DNA of 64,000 nt from the human T2T-CHM13v2.0 reference genome, Homo sapiens. Positions 1 to 12,495 of the stretch are shown one piece after another. Location: the NCBI RefSeq assembly GCF_009914755.1, contig NC_060938.1; one strand, given 5' to 3'. The translations under genes were made by a program, and so were the position numbers. Below the pieces are notes generated by a model. That model had not been told where the DNA came from, ran no database searches, and saw only the letters and a list, made by a program, of their open reading frames with translations. Every line of letters starts with the position of its first letter. Position 1 is the first letter of the stretch.

Positions 1-1704
1 CAGAGGCAGAATAATTTGATTGGCTGGAAAACCGACATCAATAATCTTCTCTGTTCTATAAAATAAAACAAAGTGTGCTGAAAATATGATAGGAGGAAAA
101 AATTTTTATAACAAAATTCCACTTTTAAGTAGGATTTCAGCAAGTATTCTGCATGACATGCGATAGGTGGGATCTGCAAAGATGCACATAAAACAGAAAA
201 CTTACTTGTGGGAAACCAAATATTTTTGAAGATGGAGTTGACAAGAATCAAGCTCCAAGATTTTCACCCAGATAGAGAAAGCAGGACCATGTATCTGAGT
301 TATAAAAAACAGAAACCTTTGTTCTTTTCATAAAACAGGAAGAAGAAATCCCCATGGCAGTTGGTATGTGTATTAGCTGCTTCTTGTGTGCTACAGAAAC
401 AGATGCCATTTTCTTGAGGGATAGAATAACTACTCACTGAACCCCATTAGGATAGCTGAATGCCTCTCCATGCATACTAACTACTTTGCTCACAAACAAG
501 ATGGTGGATGAGAGGCATAATTAATATGATGTGGACTGAGAGAAAACACTGTGGGGAGTTTTGAATTGTGGCAAGGCAGATAAGGTAACTCCTAAGTGCC
601 AATTCAATTACTATTAGAATTCATCTGCTACTCTCCACTCCACTTCATATTTAATTATTTCAATAAAGAAGTGTGAGTGATTTTTATCATTTCTATTCAA
701 TTCCCCAATGCACTTATTTCTTCCCTGGACACATTTATTCTACTATATTCTCTGCTGCTTTTGTGTATAGATTTGGAAAATGAACTCAAAAGACCAGAGA
801 GCTGAGGATAGTTGGTATCAGATGTCTCTTCCCTGTAGATTTAAGGGGAAAAAAAGGAAAAAAAATGTTTTGCCAGTTGTGGTTGATTTTTTTCAAAATG
901 TAGAAACTATTTAACCAGAGCAGCCCAGGCTTTTGTTTCTCAACTCTGTTTGGAACCCTGTGCATTTGCTTGTAGAAAGTCAGACTTTGCTTATCAGTGG
1001 TTTTTCCAAGCTTCTGTTTTGAACACTGTGTGTTAATTCTAGCCACTTCCATTAATTTTTTTTGAAAAAAAAAACAAAAGGAAAAACAAGAAATCAAACA
1101 TTCAGCAGCACCTTACCTCTGAAAGTCTAATTATCTCTATGCATATATTATCTGCTTATTCTCAGACTCCCCATGAAATGATGGGGTACAGAAGCTATTA
1201 ATTTCCTGTTGATAATTCTGGGTGTTGGCATACAGGGAGTGAGTCTTTGTCAACAAGGGGCTCCTCATCTAAATCTGCTGGTACCTGGAGGGCAAAGTGG
1301 AGATACCATATAGCCTTATTCTATGGTTTTCAACTACTCCATAATCATCATAGAGTATTTGACTTTCAAAATTGTCTTCCTCTCTGAATTCTTGGTCTAT
1401 GAAATTTGCAATTAAGTAGTTCTAACTTTGTAATTCGTTCCACAAAGACTCAAAACAGCCTTTTCTGCCTTTAGTCTCTAGAGTCAGCAGTAATGCAACC
1501 AAAATTGGTGAGAATTCACTCTCTCTCTTAAATATCAAATGATAAATTCAGAACCTTGAGAAAGGACCCCAAATGCACCCCCTTCTGTAAAGCTAAAGCT
1601 GACACTAACAATTCATATACCACTGAAGATCAGAGCAATCATTGAGCCATTCTTTGTGTTGCTAGAAAGAGTAGATGAGATTTAAAAGAGATCTTTTCTC
1701 CAGG

Positions 1705-1875
1705 GATATGAAACATGGCTTGGGAGTCAGACCACCTTGGCTCACATCTTGGCTCTTCCACTTACTGAGGATACAAATGTGGATTGAATAAACTAAGGAT
1801 TAGTGCTATTGTACAAAAACATACAGAAAAGTAACTGGCATGTAGTAAGTGTTAAAAATAATTGGCTGCTATTAT
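1705..1875 (+). mobile_element. MIR SINE fragment
   Basis: GGGAGTCAGAC...CTCTTCCACTTACTG head and TGGCATGTAGTAAGTGTT...GCTATTATT tail resemble the MIR consensus. Confidence 0.65.
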
Positions 1876-1878
1876 TGT

Positions 1879-3193
1879 TGTTGGGGTTCAGAAACAAACC
1901 AAAATATGGCACTTTGACATGCTGAACCAAGGAAACCTCAAGGTCTCCCTGACTGCCCCTCCGCACCACCCTGCCACCCTGTCTCTTAGTCTTCTGCCTC
2001 TCAGGAAGCACAGGATGCAGTCATTCTCTGAAGTGCCCTCATCTGCCTAAAATCTTGACCCACCAAAAAAAACAGTTACCTCTGGTTCCTTCCCCGAGTA
2101 TTCATTAATTAAACTCATATAACAGGAAGAAAGACTAATCTATCAACACACCTGGACAGACTTGTTGCAAACCACTGTCTGCTCTTCGAGCCCAACAGAC
2201 TTTGTCCCAGGCAATTGTATGTTCTTTAAGCCCATTCACTTTCCCAAAACATCATTTATTATACATCTAAAATCATCTACATTTCCACATCTCCCTTTCC
2301 TCTAAGAAGAAGGGTATATGTAACCACCCAATGGGTTTTTCCTGCTTGTGGCACAAACAAAATCAACTCACCGAGACCATGTCATTGCATGCAGAAAAGA
2401 GTTTGATTGACACGAGATCACCCACACCACATGGGAGACAGGGTCATTACTCAAAATGATCTTCCCAAAGGCTTGGAGGTTAGGGATTTTTCAAAGATAG
2501 TTTGGTGGGCAAGGAGCTAGGGTAGGAGGCATGCTGATTGGTTGAGTTGCAGATGAAATAATAGGGAAATTAAGCTGTCCCCTTGTGCTGAGTCAGTTTC
2601 TGGGTAAGGGCCACAGGACTGGTTAGAGGGCCCAGATGGGGTTATCCCTTGTCGGAAATGAAAAAAAACCTGAAAGTACATCTCTAAAGGTCAATCTTGT
2701 GTTCTACAATAGTGATGATGTTATCTGCTCAAGTAACTGGGGAAGTTGTAAGTAAATCTTACAAACTACAGAATAATGGCTGGTAATTATTTAGAATTCA
2801 AGACCCTCTCATCCTCCTTAGTTTCATTAGTTTTATAAGAACAGTTTAGTTTTGGGGAAGGGCTATTATCATTTAAACTGTAAACTACATTTCTCCGAAA
2901 GTTAGCTTGGCTTACACCCAGGAATAAGCAAAGACAGCCACCCTCTGAGGCTAGAAGCAAGATGGAGTCACCCATGTCAGATATCTCTTACTGTCATAAT
3001 TTTGCAAAGGTGGTTTCATATATGAGCATCTGTACCCCATTGGCTGAGGGGTGATTACTCTGTAATTTCTCCCTAGGACCCTCCTGTGCACATTAACAAA
3101 CCTGTATGACTTTTCTCCTATTAATCTTTTGTCAGTTGTGATTTTCAATAAACCTTCAGAGGATGAAGGGGAAGTTTTCCTTTAGGTTCTACA
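1879..3193 (+). mobile_element. ERV1 solo LTR (LTR29/MER34-group-like), split by a nested LTR8
   Basis: TG...CA termini (TGTTGGGGTTCAGAAAC...GAAGGGGAAGTTTTCCTTTAGGTTCTACA); 4-bp TSD TTGT at 1875-1878 and 3194-3197. Confidence 0.8.
2319..3018 (-). mobile_element. LTR8-family (LTR8B-like) ERV1 solo LTR nested in host LTR
   Basis: Minus strand reads TGAAACCACCTTTGCAAAATTATGACAG...CCCATTGGGTGGTTACA; 4-bp TSD TATA at 2315-2318 and 3019-3022. Confidence 0.85.
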
Positions 3194-3371
3194 TTGTTCA
3201 CAAAGGTTGTCTATTGATGACTTGTTTTCCCTTTATGGGCTGCCCTCTATGTCCATTTCATCCTATGAAATGCATTCGGGCTTGAGGAGGCAAACACACA
3301 GTGGACATGTTTTACATCTCCCATGCTTTATTTATTCTACCCATGTCCTCATTCTTGGCTCTGGTTGGGGA

Positions 3372-3576
3372 ATGTATCATATATATATATATATATATAT
3401 ATGTATCATATATATATGATGTATCATATATGTGTATATATATGTATCATATATATGTATCATATATATATGATATATCATATATATGTATATGTATGTA
3501 TCATATATATGTATATGTATGTATCACATATATATATTCCCAAAATCACATATATATATGTGATTTTGGGAATATA
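3372..3576. repeat. (TA)n/(TATG)n compound AT-rich microsatellite ending in a perfect 44-bp palindrome
   Basis: Repeated ATATATATGTATCAT-like units; 3533-3576 is self-complementary. Confidence 0.95.
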
Positions 3577-4494
3577 GATGGAAATTATCTGGAGCTAGAA
3601 ATTCCTCCCACTCAATCACCCCTTGATATCGCCAATAGTAAGAATGAAGATGGACACAAAGATATCTTGATAGAGACACATAAGTGTTTTGGTGAATCAA
3701 TATTGCTAGTTCTGCTGAGAAATGGTAAAATATGATTTAATTGTCCTGAAACCCCCAGCAACTTATGAATCCACATCTGTCTTTGCTTGTGCTCCTGTGG
3801 ATCCTCTTTCTCTTCTTCCCTCTCTGGAAGGCCTTACTAGAAAAGAAAACCCAGAGTGGTTATGTCCCTGCCATGGCAATACTCAGTCTTCCCAGGTGAG
3901 ATGAAATTCCACAAAAGATGCCCTCTGAAAGCCAGAATCTTGATCCTATTGGTCAGAGTTCTTCAGTCAGTCCAAGTATGTACACACAATAATATTGCTA
4001 AATGATACTCTAACTTGACATTGTGTAAATATGACAAAAATAATGTTCTAAAAATGGCTGAACTATCCATCTTAAAGAAAAATATATAGACTTCAACAGA
4101 TATATTTATAGAACATCAAATTTGAAAGATAGTGTATCCTTAAATAAAACTCCAAATTCCTCACAGTAAAAAAAAAAAAAAAGGACAATAACTTTTAATC
4201 AATGAGACTAAGAAAATAATTGTCCAATCTGAATCCTCATCTCTGAAATATATGCATTTTGTTTCTTTCTACATAAGCTGCTCTGCATTTGCCATTTTGT
4301 GGCTTGGGATCATCGATACCAAGCCTTGATCTTTTCTAAAGCATTTACCAAAAGTAGAGTTGTAAGGTTTGAATAATTAGATTTCCAGGAACACTTTTCT
4401 TCCACCCTTAAGAGAGATTGTGTTTAACTTGAATGCTTTAAGACTGCATGCACATTTTCCGTACATTCATCTATTTTCTCCACAACAAAGCTAT

Positions 4495-5159
4495 TGAAAC
4501 TGCCTTTGCAAGAATTATAACAGTGAGAAAATTATGACAGTGAAAGGGATCTGATCTAGCCAACCCCCATCTTGCCTTTATTCTCCAAACTGCCCTTAAT
4601 AATTCCTGGGCCTGGGTCAAGCTAACTTTAGGAGACATTTAGTTTATAGTTTAAATGATAATTGTTCGTCCCATAAACTAAACCATAATTGTTTAGTTAA
4701 TAAAAGACCATCAGGTTAGGAGGATGAGAGGAACCTGAGTTCTGCTAATGTGCAGACATAAAAGATTACCAGATATTATTTCGGAGGTCCCAAGATATGC
4801 AACTTCTCCAATTACTCCTGCAGATAACATCACTACTGTAAAACGTAAGATTGGCCTTTGAGATGTCTTTTCAGGTTTCCGTGTTTCTGACCCATGGATG
4901 GGTGGACAACCAGTGACTCCATCTGGACCCACCAAGGGGTTCTGTAGCCCCATGCAAAAAGCAGATTCCCTGGCCTGCCAAACTTTCCTTGAAACACCCT
5001 AGCCTCCAAATTTTCATGGAGATTGATTTGAGTAATAACCATCTCCCACATGGCACAGCCAGCCTTGTGTCAATTAAAGTCTCTTTACTGCAATGCCATG
5101 GTCTCAGTGAACTGGTTTTGTTTGTGCAGTGGGCTGGAAGAACCCCTCAGGCAGTTACA
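4495..5159 (+). mobile_element. LTR8-family (LTR8A-like) ERV1 solo LTR
   Basis: TGAAACTGCCTTTGCAAGAATTATAAC...GAACCCCTCAGGCAGTTACA; 4-bp TSD CTAT at 4491-4494 and 5160-5163. Confidence 0.85.
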
Positions 5160-5189
5160 CTATGAATATCTCAAGAAAGAGGCTTTTTC

Positions 5190-5270
5190 TACTAACTTTG
5201 TGTCATCATTTTTATCACAGTCCCTGGCACATAGGGCTCTATAAGAATTTATTAAATGAGTGAATGAATA
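5190..5270 (+). mobile_element. L2 3' end fragment
   Basis: CCTGGCACATAGGGCTC...TTTATTAAATGAGTGAATGAAT. Confidence 0.6.
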
Positions 5271-8209
5271 AAAACAGTCAGACTTACAAATTTTCCATGT
5301 GTTTTTCCCAGTGGCCCAATGAAGGGGTATGCAAAAGAAACTTCTCCAATTCCAATCCAGACTTGATTCTCAAAAGGCCTTTTCAACTAGGCCTAAGATT
5401 TCCCAGCTACTATTGGTTTCTCTCTATTACCTACCAGAAGTCACTTGACAATATTCCAAAGAAGAAAACACTACCTCCTCATCTAGAAGGGAGAATCTTT
5501 ATCAAAATCAAAAGATCCATTTCTCCCCATTTTACGAGGGGCTACTCAATACCAGCACAGTGATCAAATGGTGGAAGATGTCCTAAAATACCTTCCGGTA
5601 ACAGGGTAGTAAAACTGTCTTGAATGACTGATAAAGGAATGAAAGTTTTAAAATCTTTACTCATTCATCAATCCTACATTTTAGAGTGTCCCATTTTATT
5701 GTACTGATTAATCATATATGCTCAGAAGAAGTTGGCAAAAGCTATCAAAAGCCAACCAGTATAACTTGAATGCCAACTTCACAAAATAATCAGGGTCTGG
5801 TGGGATATGTCATAAAATATGCCAAGATGGGTCATTCTAACGCACTCTTGAGAGAATTATACATATTCATTCTCTTCATTTAGCACCTGAATGACAACAG
5901 ACGGGTGAAAGCATCAGAACCAATGCATCAAACCAGACAGTTACCATTGTGAACAAAATATAAAAAGAGAATGACGGGGCTGAAAAATGGTTAAGTCTTC
6001 TACTCAGACATTGCATGCATTGCTCTCTTTTGATAGGGAAATGAAGCTTGCTGAGGGAGAGAGACCTATGTCTTATTGTCATTCCTGCTTACAGTTTGGT
6101 GGCAAATTGACATGAAATATATATTTCTTAATAGAATTCACCATAGCTTTTTAGTCTGTTTGTTTTAGAGACATGGTTAGGATAGAAAAACCGTCAATCT
6201 AAACTAAATGTTTTCCTTAAATATCTAAGATTGTCTTTGAGCAATGGAGGGCCCTATTAATCACTAATGAACTGCTAAATGCCACCTTCAGCTGAAATAA
6301 TGATAGGTAAAATTATACCGTGACACACTGAGTGACAAAAAACAGCCCCTTTACCTAATTTCCTGGTGTGATATTGGACTACAAGGCATTGTTTTTAAAA
6401 AATGAAATAAATATCTAATAGAATCTGGTAGAATCAGATCTATTTCACTGTATGTATATGTATGTGTTGTATGTATATGTTCTTCACCTAGTTTTGACAG
6501 TTGTCTATAATCTGTCAGGCCACTAACACTAACCTCCACCTGTTTACCTGTCAGATCTCAATGACGAGGGCCCTGTTTTCTGTAATTAAGATAACCCTAC
6601 TCATTCTGGAACTATGTAATTTTACACAGATAAGTTAAGCAAAAATAGTAATTCAAACTCTGGAAAGTGTTAATATTTTCAGAGACCTACAAGTATTCTC
6701 TTAATTGCTCTATATAGCTTTCAGGAATTGGACGAAGTGAGAAAGGATCCAACTTCCCAATAGTACTTTTGGAACATAAAATAAAGGGTGGAAGAGTTGG
6801 TTGCCTCTTTGAGTGGAGTTTGCAGAGGTCATTCTTAGGCCTTCACAAAGAGTATCAGTGCTGATAAATTAAGGAGAATGTTCTAGACTCCCCTGAGTAA
6901 CCTGAGCTCCTGCCCTTGGCTAGTTTTTGCCCTACTTAGCCTTCACCCAAAGATGCCCTAGGGAGTCTGCCTCATGTATTTCATTCCTGGAATTCTGGTA
7001 TCTGTAGTATTCCTGGAATTCTTGAATCCTCTAGGAATGGCTTCCTGGCCAGGGCTTCAAACTTCTCTCCTTCCGTGGGACCTGGATTTCTTATTCATCT
7101 ATGGCCTTTTGTATTCTCTTGTTTTACCTAGCTAATGTCTAGAATAGATGGCTTGCCTCACAGAGACAACACTAACACTGGTTTGATGATCAAAGCAAGG
7201 AAATCAAACAGCAGACTAAATTGGTAAGTCTAACTAAGAATAATCTCTGCACTTCAGTGAAAAAATTTCTCAAAGAAAAAAATCTGTGTTGCATAGATTA
7301 AGAAAAGTTTTTTGTAGATATTTAACTTTAGCCTTTTATTTTTTAGCTTTCAGTGTTTCCTTATGGTCTAACCACATTTTACCTCAAGTAAATTTTTTTC
7401 TTTTCCTCTTTCTGTTAATTTGAAGATATTTAAAGGATGGCAATAGAAAATTCTGAAGTTATAACTGTCGCCTATAAACTGCCTGGGCTACTTAATTCTC
7501 CCCTGAGTTTCTCACCTTTATTTTTTTTCTGCTTTTTTTTTTCTCCAGTTATTATGGCTCCTTTTAAATATCATTTAATTCTAAAAGCACAAATATTTTG
7601 AAACTACATGGCCTGCTGCCTAAGTTGAGACAGTGAACAAAATCCTCAGACTCTCAAAATATCTACAAATTTTCACACACAGTATTTAAGGGAAGCATTT
7701 AGTTTCCTATCCTTGGGAAGGAAAATGGTTAATGTGAAACCTCCTCCCATGCGCCACTGCAAAGCTGTGGAGGAGTCTAAGACTTAGGATTCTCCTGCAA
7801 CCCTTCCCCAAGAGGAGAGGTTCAGAGAAGAATGAGGAAAGTTCTATCATAGCACTTGCTGGTTCTATCAGTCTCCTATTGAGGTGTGAACCAACTCAGT
7901 AACTCAGTCTTTCTGCTGGGCGGCCCATAATTGCACAGCAGGTGCATAACCACAGGTGGCTTTCAACATTTCTTCTTGTATTCAACTAGAAGTCTTATTA
8001 CAGTGGAAGCAGCTGAGAGAAGTAGAAGATGGCAAATAAGAGAACACATTGAGTGGAGACTTGTCTATGATTCTGCAGCTCTTTCCTATCTTCATTTTCT
8101 GCTGCCCTTGTGCCAACAAATGTTTCTGCCCTGTCTTGTCTTTTTCATCTCCTTGCTTGTAACTTTAGCCTTAAAAGGATAGACCACTTTATTTGTCTCT
8201 TGGCAAGCT

Positions 8210-8345
8210 ATCATTAATTCATTCATTTAATAAATATTTGTTAAGTATCTATTTTTATCATGTATTATTTTCAATGTTGCAGAAATAGCAAGGAAAAATA
8301 GACAAAGTTCCTGTTCTGTAACATATATTTTAGTGGTAAAAGATA
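8210..8345 (-). mobile_element. L2 3' end fragment
   Basis: TTCATTCATTTAATAAATATTTGTTAAG...ATAGACAAAGTTCCTG. Confidence 0.6.
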
Positions 8346-8369
8346 GAAAAAAGGCAAAGATAGATTTGT

Positions 8370-9260
8370 TGAATCTTGCATTACATCCATATGTTGCATT
8401 TTTAATTACAGTTATTGTAATTTTCAGTTACATAATTTTCATGACTCTTTTTAATAGATTCCCCATCTTGTCATCTATATTCTTAGACATGTTTATCATG
8501 TTTATTTAAAAGTCTGTATTTAGTAACTGCAAAATATGGATGTCCTGTAGATCTCTTTTTACTGTTGCTTTTATTCTTTTTTTGTGTGTGTGTCATTTGG
8601 CAGTGTCTCTTGGTATGTATGTAACTTTTGACTAAATGATAATTACTGTGTGTGAAAATTTGTAGAGATATTTCGAGAGTCTGAAGGATTTTGTTCTCTA
8701 TCAAAGATTTATCTTTTTGCTTTGTTTTTGGTTTTGACAAGTCTTTAAACCAGGGATAAAACAGATTAACCCAATCTATGATTGAGCTGATGAGAGCTAG
8801 ATGTCAATGCTATAAAAGCTGATACATTTTCTGATTTGCTCTGACTCACAAGATGCTCCGTGGTTCTCTTACTCTCACTCTCATAACAGGTACCCTCTAG
8901 GAATCCCAACTAAAAGCCCAAGCATCCCGCTTTGACAGTGCCCAACTCCAAGTTTCATCTCTCAAGCTCTAGGAGACTGAACAAAGGTCTGGAAGCTTTT
9001 TAGCCGTTCAGCCACCATTTACAAATGAGTAAACTGCTGGAAGGGAAAAAACAGAACTGAATATTAGGCTCCCCTCTCTGTTAGTCTCTTCTTTTCAGGA
9101 TTTCTTTGAGATTTTGGACTCCCTAGTCCTTGCTGACTTTCCATTTTGTTTCCAGTGTATTCAAATAGATTCCTCTTTGTTCTATCCAGCTTGTATAATT
9201 CTTAGATGAGGAAAGGCTGGTCTTTACAAACTAATTTGTCATAGCCAGAAATATAAGTTC
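8370..9260 (-). mobile_element. Old L1 (L1M/HAL1-type) 5'/ORF1-region fragment
   Basis: T-rich TTATTGTAATTTTCAGTT...TTTAAAAGTCTGTATTTAGTAACT pattern typical of antisense ancient L1 5' regions. Confidence 0.5.
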
Positions 9261-10590
9261 CTTACTGTAAGATTTTAATCTTTTTGTGTAGCCAAGGTTC
9301 ATTTTATCATCATAAGGGCCTGGTAGTTTTATCCTATTCTCTGGCCAATGACTATAGCTCTCTCCACGAACACTCATAAATAAAGGCTATTATACTAAGG
9401 GACAACTAGGTGTGGATGGATCATCTATCTTCACCACTGAAATAAAAATGCAGAGTGCTTGCACTACTGAATAGGCATTGGGCACAACTTCAAATGAAGA
9501 TAACAGTTTATTTTAGCTTCTAGAGTCCTACAAATATTTCCAGACTATGAAAACTGAACATTTTTTAACACTTCAAGTGATTTTATGACTTCTGAAAAAT
9601 GACTACAGATCAACAATTTAGTCACCATAGAGATTTCAAATACTAAAATATACTCTTCTTTTTTTGCCTGACAGTAATGTCAAATAAGACTCAGGACTGG
9701 TTCGTAAACCTTTCACAGTGTTCCAATATCTGTGTAACTTAGCCGATTCACCGTGAGATTGACGTTAACTTATCCTCCCTGGCATGAACATGATTTATCA
9801 TTTGAAACACACACATACATACACACACACTTTTTCAGTTTCTGTTTCCAAATTTTGAATAGCTATTATACTTAGTGATCCTCTTTAATCTATTTCAAAT
9901 ACCCAAATAGGAAACATTTTGAGCTACAGGGAATCCTAGCTGAACTATCAACTAGAAGTACATTTCCACTGAAATGCAAAATTTGTATTTCAAAAATTAG
10001 AATTCTCTATTTTGGGTCATTTACTTTTCAGAGGTAAGTGATAATTATTAGAGCTCTTCACGGTCTCCAGGCATAAGAGTTTGAGTTACCTGACTACAGT
10101 AGATACTGTTGAGGGTTCTCACAAGCCTGACAACTACCCCTCTCCCCACAAGAAAGAACTGAGCAAGAGGTAAGTGGTACAGGGTGTCATGGCATTAAAC
10201 AATTGGATTATCCAACTCCGTTATCCAACTCCATTGCTATGACTAAAGTAAAATGTAGTATGGAAAATGAAATCCTGCATGGTTACCAGGAGTTTATATT
10301 TTACAGCACTTAAGCGTTTGGAAATAAACTACTTTTTGTACTCATAAACAGGCCTAACACCAGGTTGGAGATCTAGTACACAGTGGTGGATAAAGCCATA
10401 ATATCCTTCCAATCTCTGTAAGGCACCCTGCAAAGTGTTGGGTTTAGGGTGGGGAAGAAGAAAGAGAACCTTAAACTCTACTGATAAGAACAGACCAAAT
10501 AAATTTAAAATTAAATAAAAACTCAAGAGGCCAGTATAACCATAGATGATGTTCCAAAATACAGCAGATAGATACATTAAAAGAAGTATT

Positions 10591-10696
10591 TCAGGAAGTA
10601 GAGGTAGGGGTAGGAAATGAAATGAGTACTAGGGGTACTCAGGAACTAGGGGTAGGGGTAGGAAATGAAAATGAGTAAAAAAAAAAAAAAAAAAAA
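10591..10696. repeat. ~38-bp tandem duplication followed by A20
   Basis: TCAGGAA(G/C)TAG(A/G)GGTAGGGGTAGGAAATGAAA(A)TGAGTA at 10591-10628 and 10639-10677. Confidence 0.9.
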
Positions 10697-11159
10697 GGAA
10701 ATGCTTCACTAGCAAAAGAGGGATTTTAAATAATGTAAAAGAAGGAAGTTTAAATGCTATTTTTAAAAGCATTTTTTTCAAATGCTGCTTTCCATTAGGA
10801 AGCCCTAAAATGAGCCACGAAGACAACAGAAAAATTGGGCAGACCTGAGAATGGGCATCTGGCCCTCCAGCCTCCACTTCAATTGTTGGACTTATGTTTG
10901 CATTTTAAACTTTATAAGATTGTGTAGAAACAAAGGGGGAGTTCCATGACTCTCCCACTCTTGCCCTTGCTCTCTCACTTGTCCATCTCTATCTTTATTT
11001 GTATTTAAATCTATATGTATATATAAAATTGGAATCAGAACTTCATTTGTGAAAGCCCTGCTTTTTGTTTGACAGTTCTCTTTCCACTCCTCCCTGCCGT
11101 CAATTTTGAGTAATTTAGTACTGAGTGACCTTTCTTAGATCTGTAACAAAGGCCTCTGT

Positions 11160-11199
11160 CTCTCTCAACCTTTCTTCTCTTCTCTCTCCCCTCCCCAGC

Positions 11200-11244
<45 letters not shown>

Positions 11245-11590
11245 CCCTATGTCTACTCACTTATCCATCTACCTATCTATCCTTATTTCTATCTCTAATC
11301 TCTCTCATTCTCTCTCCATCTCCCCCCTATACACACACTCGCACACATACACACATCTCCCTGTCTCTGTCTGGTTGGTCCATCATCTATCCATCTATCT
11401 ATCATCTATCTCTCTCTCCCCTCCTCTCTTCTGTCCCCCCACTCTCTCTCTGCATACACACACACACACACACACCTCCCTATGTCTACCTATCCATCTA
11501 CCTATCCTTATTTCTATCTCTAATCTCTCTCTCTATCTCTAATCTATCACTCTTTCTGTACCACTCTAGCTATCTACCTCTATCCATACA
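11160..11590. repeat. Compound (CT)/(CA)/(TATC) repeat including (AC)19 at 11205-11242
   Basis: Directly visible; three higher-order units. Confidence 0.9.
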
Positions 11591-12495
11591 TCTAAAGAAA
11601 GCATGCCTTGAAAAATATATGTATAAATTTATTAGATTTATTATATATAATAAACTACTAGTCTTCTCCTTCTTCTGTAGTTGAAAAAACCCAGAGCTCA
11701 GAGGGTTGAAGCACTTCTCCAATTTGTTTAGTTAAAATCCAAATAGAAACTTCCACTTCTCCCATCAGTCACTTTGAGTAACATCTACCACTCATCAGCG
11801 CTCCTCATATGTACCTCTTACAAAGGCAGACAGTGACATCTCTATTCTGCTATCTAGTCTCAGACTTCAGTGACTCTTTATTCAGTGCCCACTTTTTCAT
11901 GTATTAATCATTTCCAGAAGGTTCTGAAAGGAGGTGTGCATGTTTGTCAGAAACTCAGTATATGTATATGTAGGAAACTTCAAAGTAACTGGATTAATTC
12001 CTCCTTTAACTCAAACAGCCATTCTGATGAAATAGTGGACATTTTCAAGTAGTTGAAGTACCAAAGCTTAGTGGGAATAATAGTCTGACTAGAATTTATA
12101 AATATTTTATTGAACCAAATATTTGATATAATTACAAAATGAATAAATGCATTACAGATTTTAAAGTGAAAATGTTTATACTATATATTAAAACAGGTTG
12201 CCTTTCTAATATAAATTATTTAGAGATAAAATAACACATTCCTAAGATAACACACTAAATACTATATAAGATAAAGGAAATTTAATGAGTCATTCAGGTA
12301 GAAAATAAAACAATATTAATCTTTTTTAAAGTGTGAGATTAAAATGAAAATGGGCTTAAAATGTCATTATTCAGTTATGAAAGTATTTTTGTGCAGATTG
12401 TTCTAGCTGTGGATAAACCTCTTACTTTACACTGGGAAGGAATCAACTTTTACAAGAGTTGATAGAACAATGAGAAGACAGTTATTACTGTAGTT

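Noticed and set aside
3207-3735. Overlapping 70-144 aa I/Y/M-rich ORFs
   Set aside because: Translation of the (TA)/(TATG) microsatellite; low complexity
11249-11542. 97-aa S/L/H/T-rich ORF
   Set aside because: Translation of the compound microsatellite
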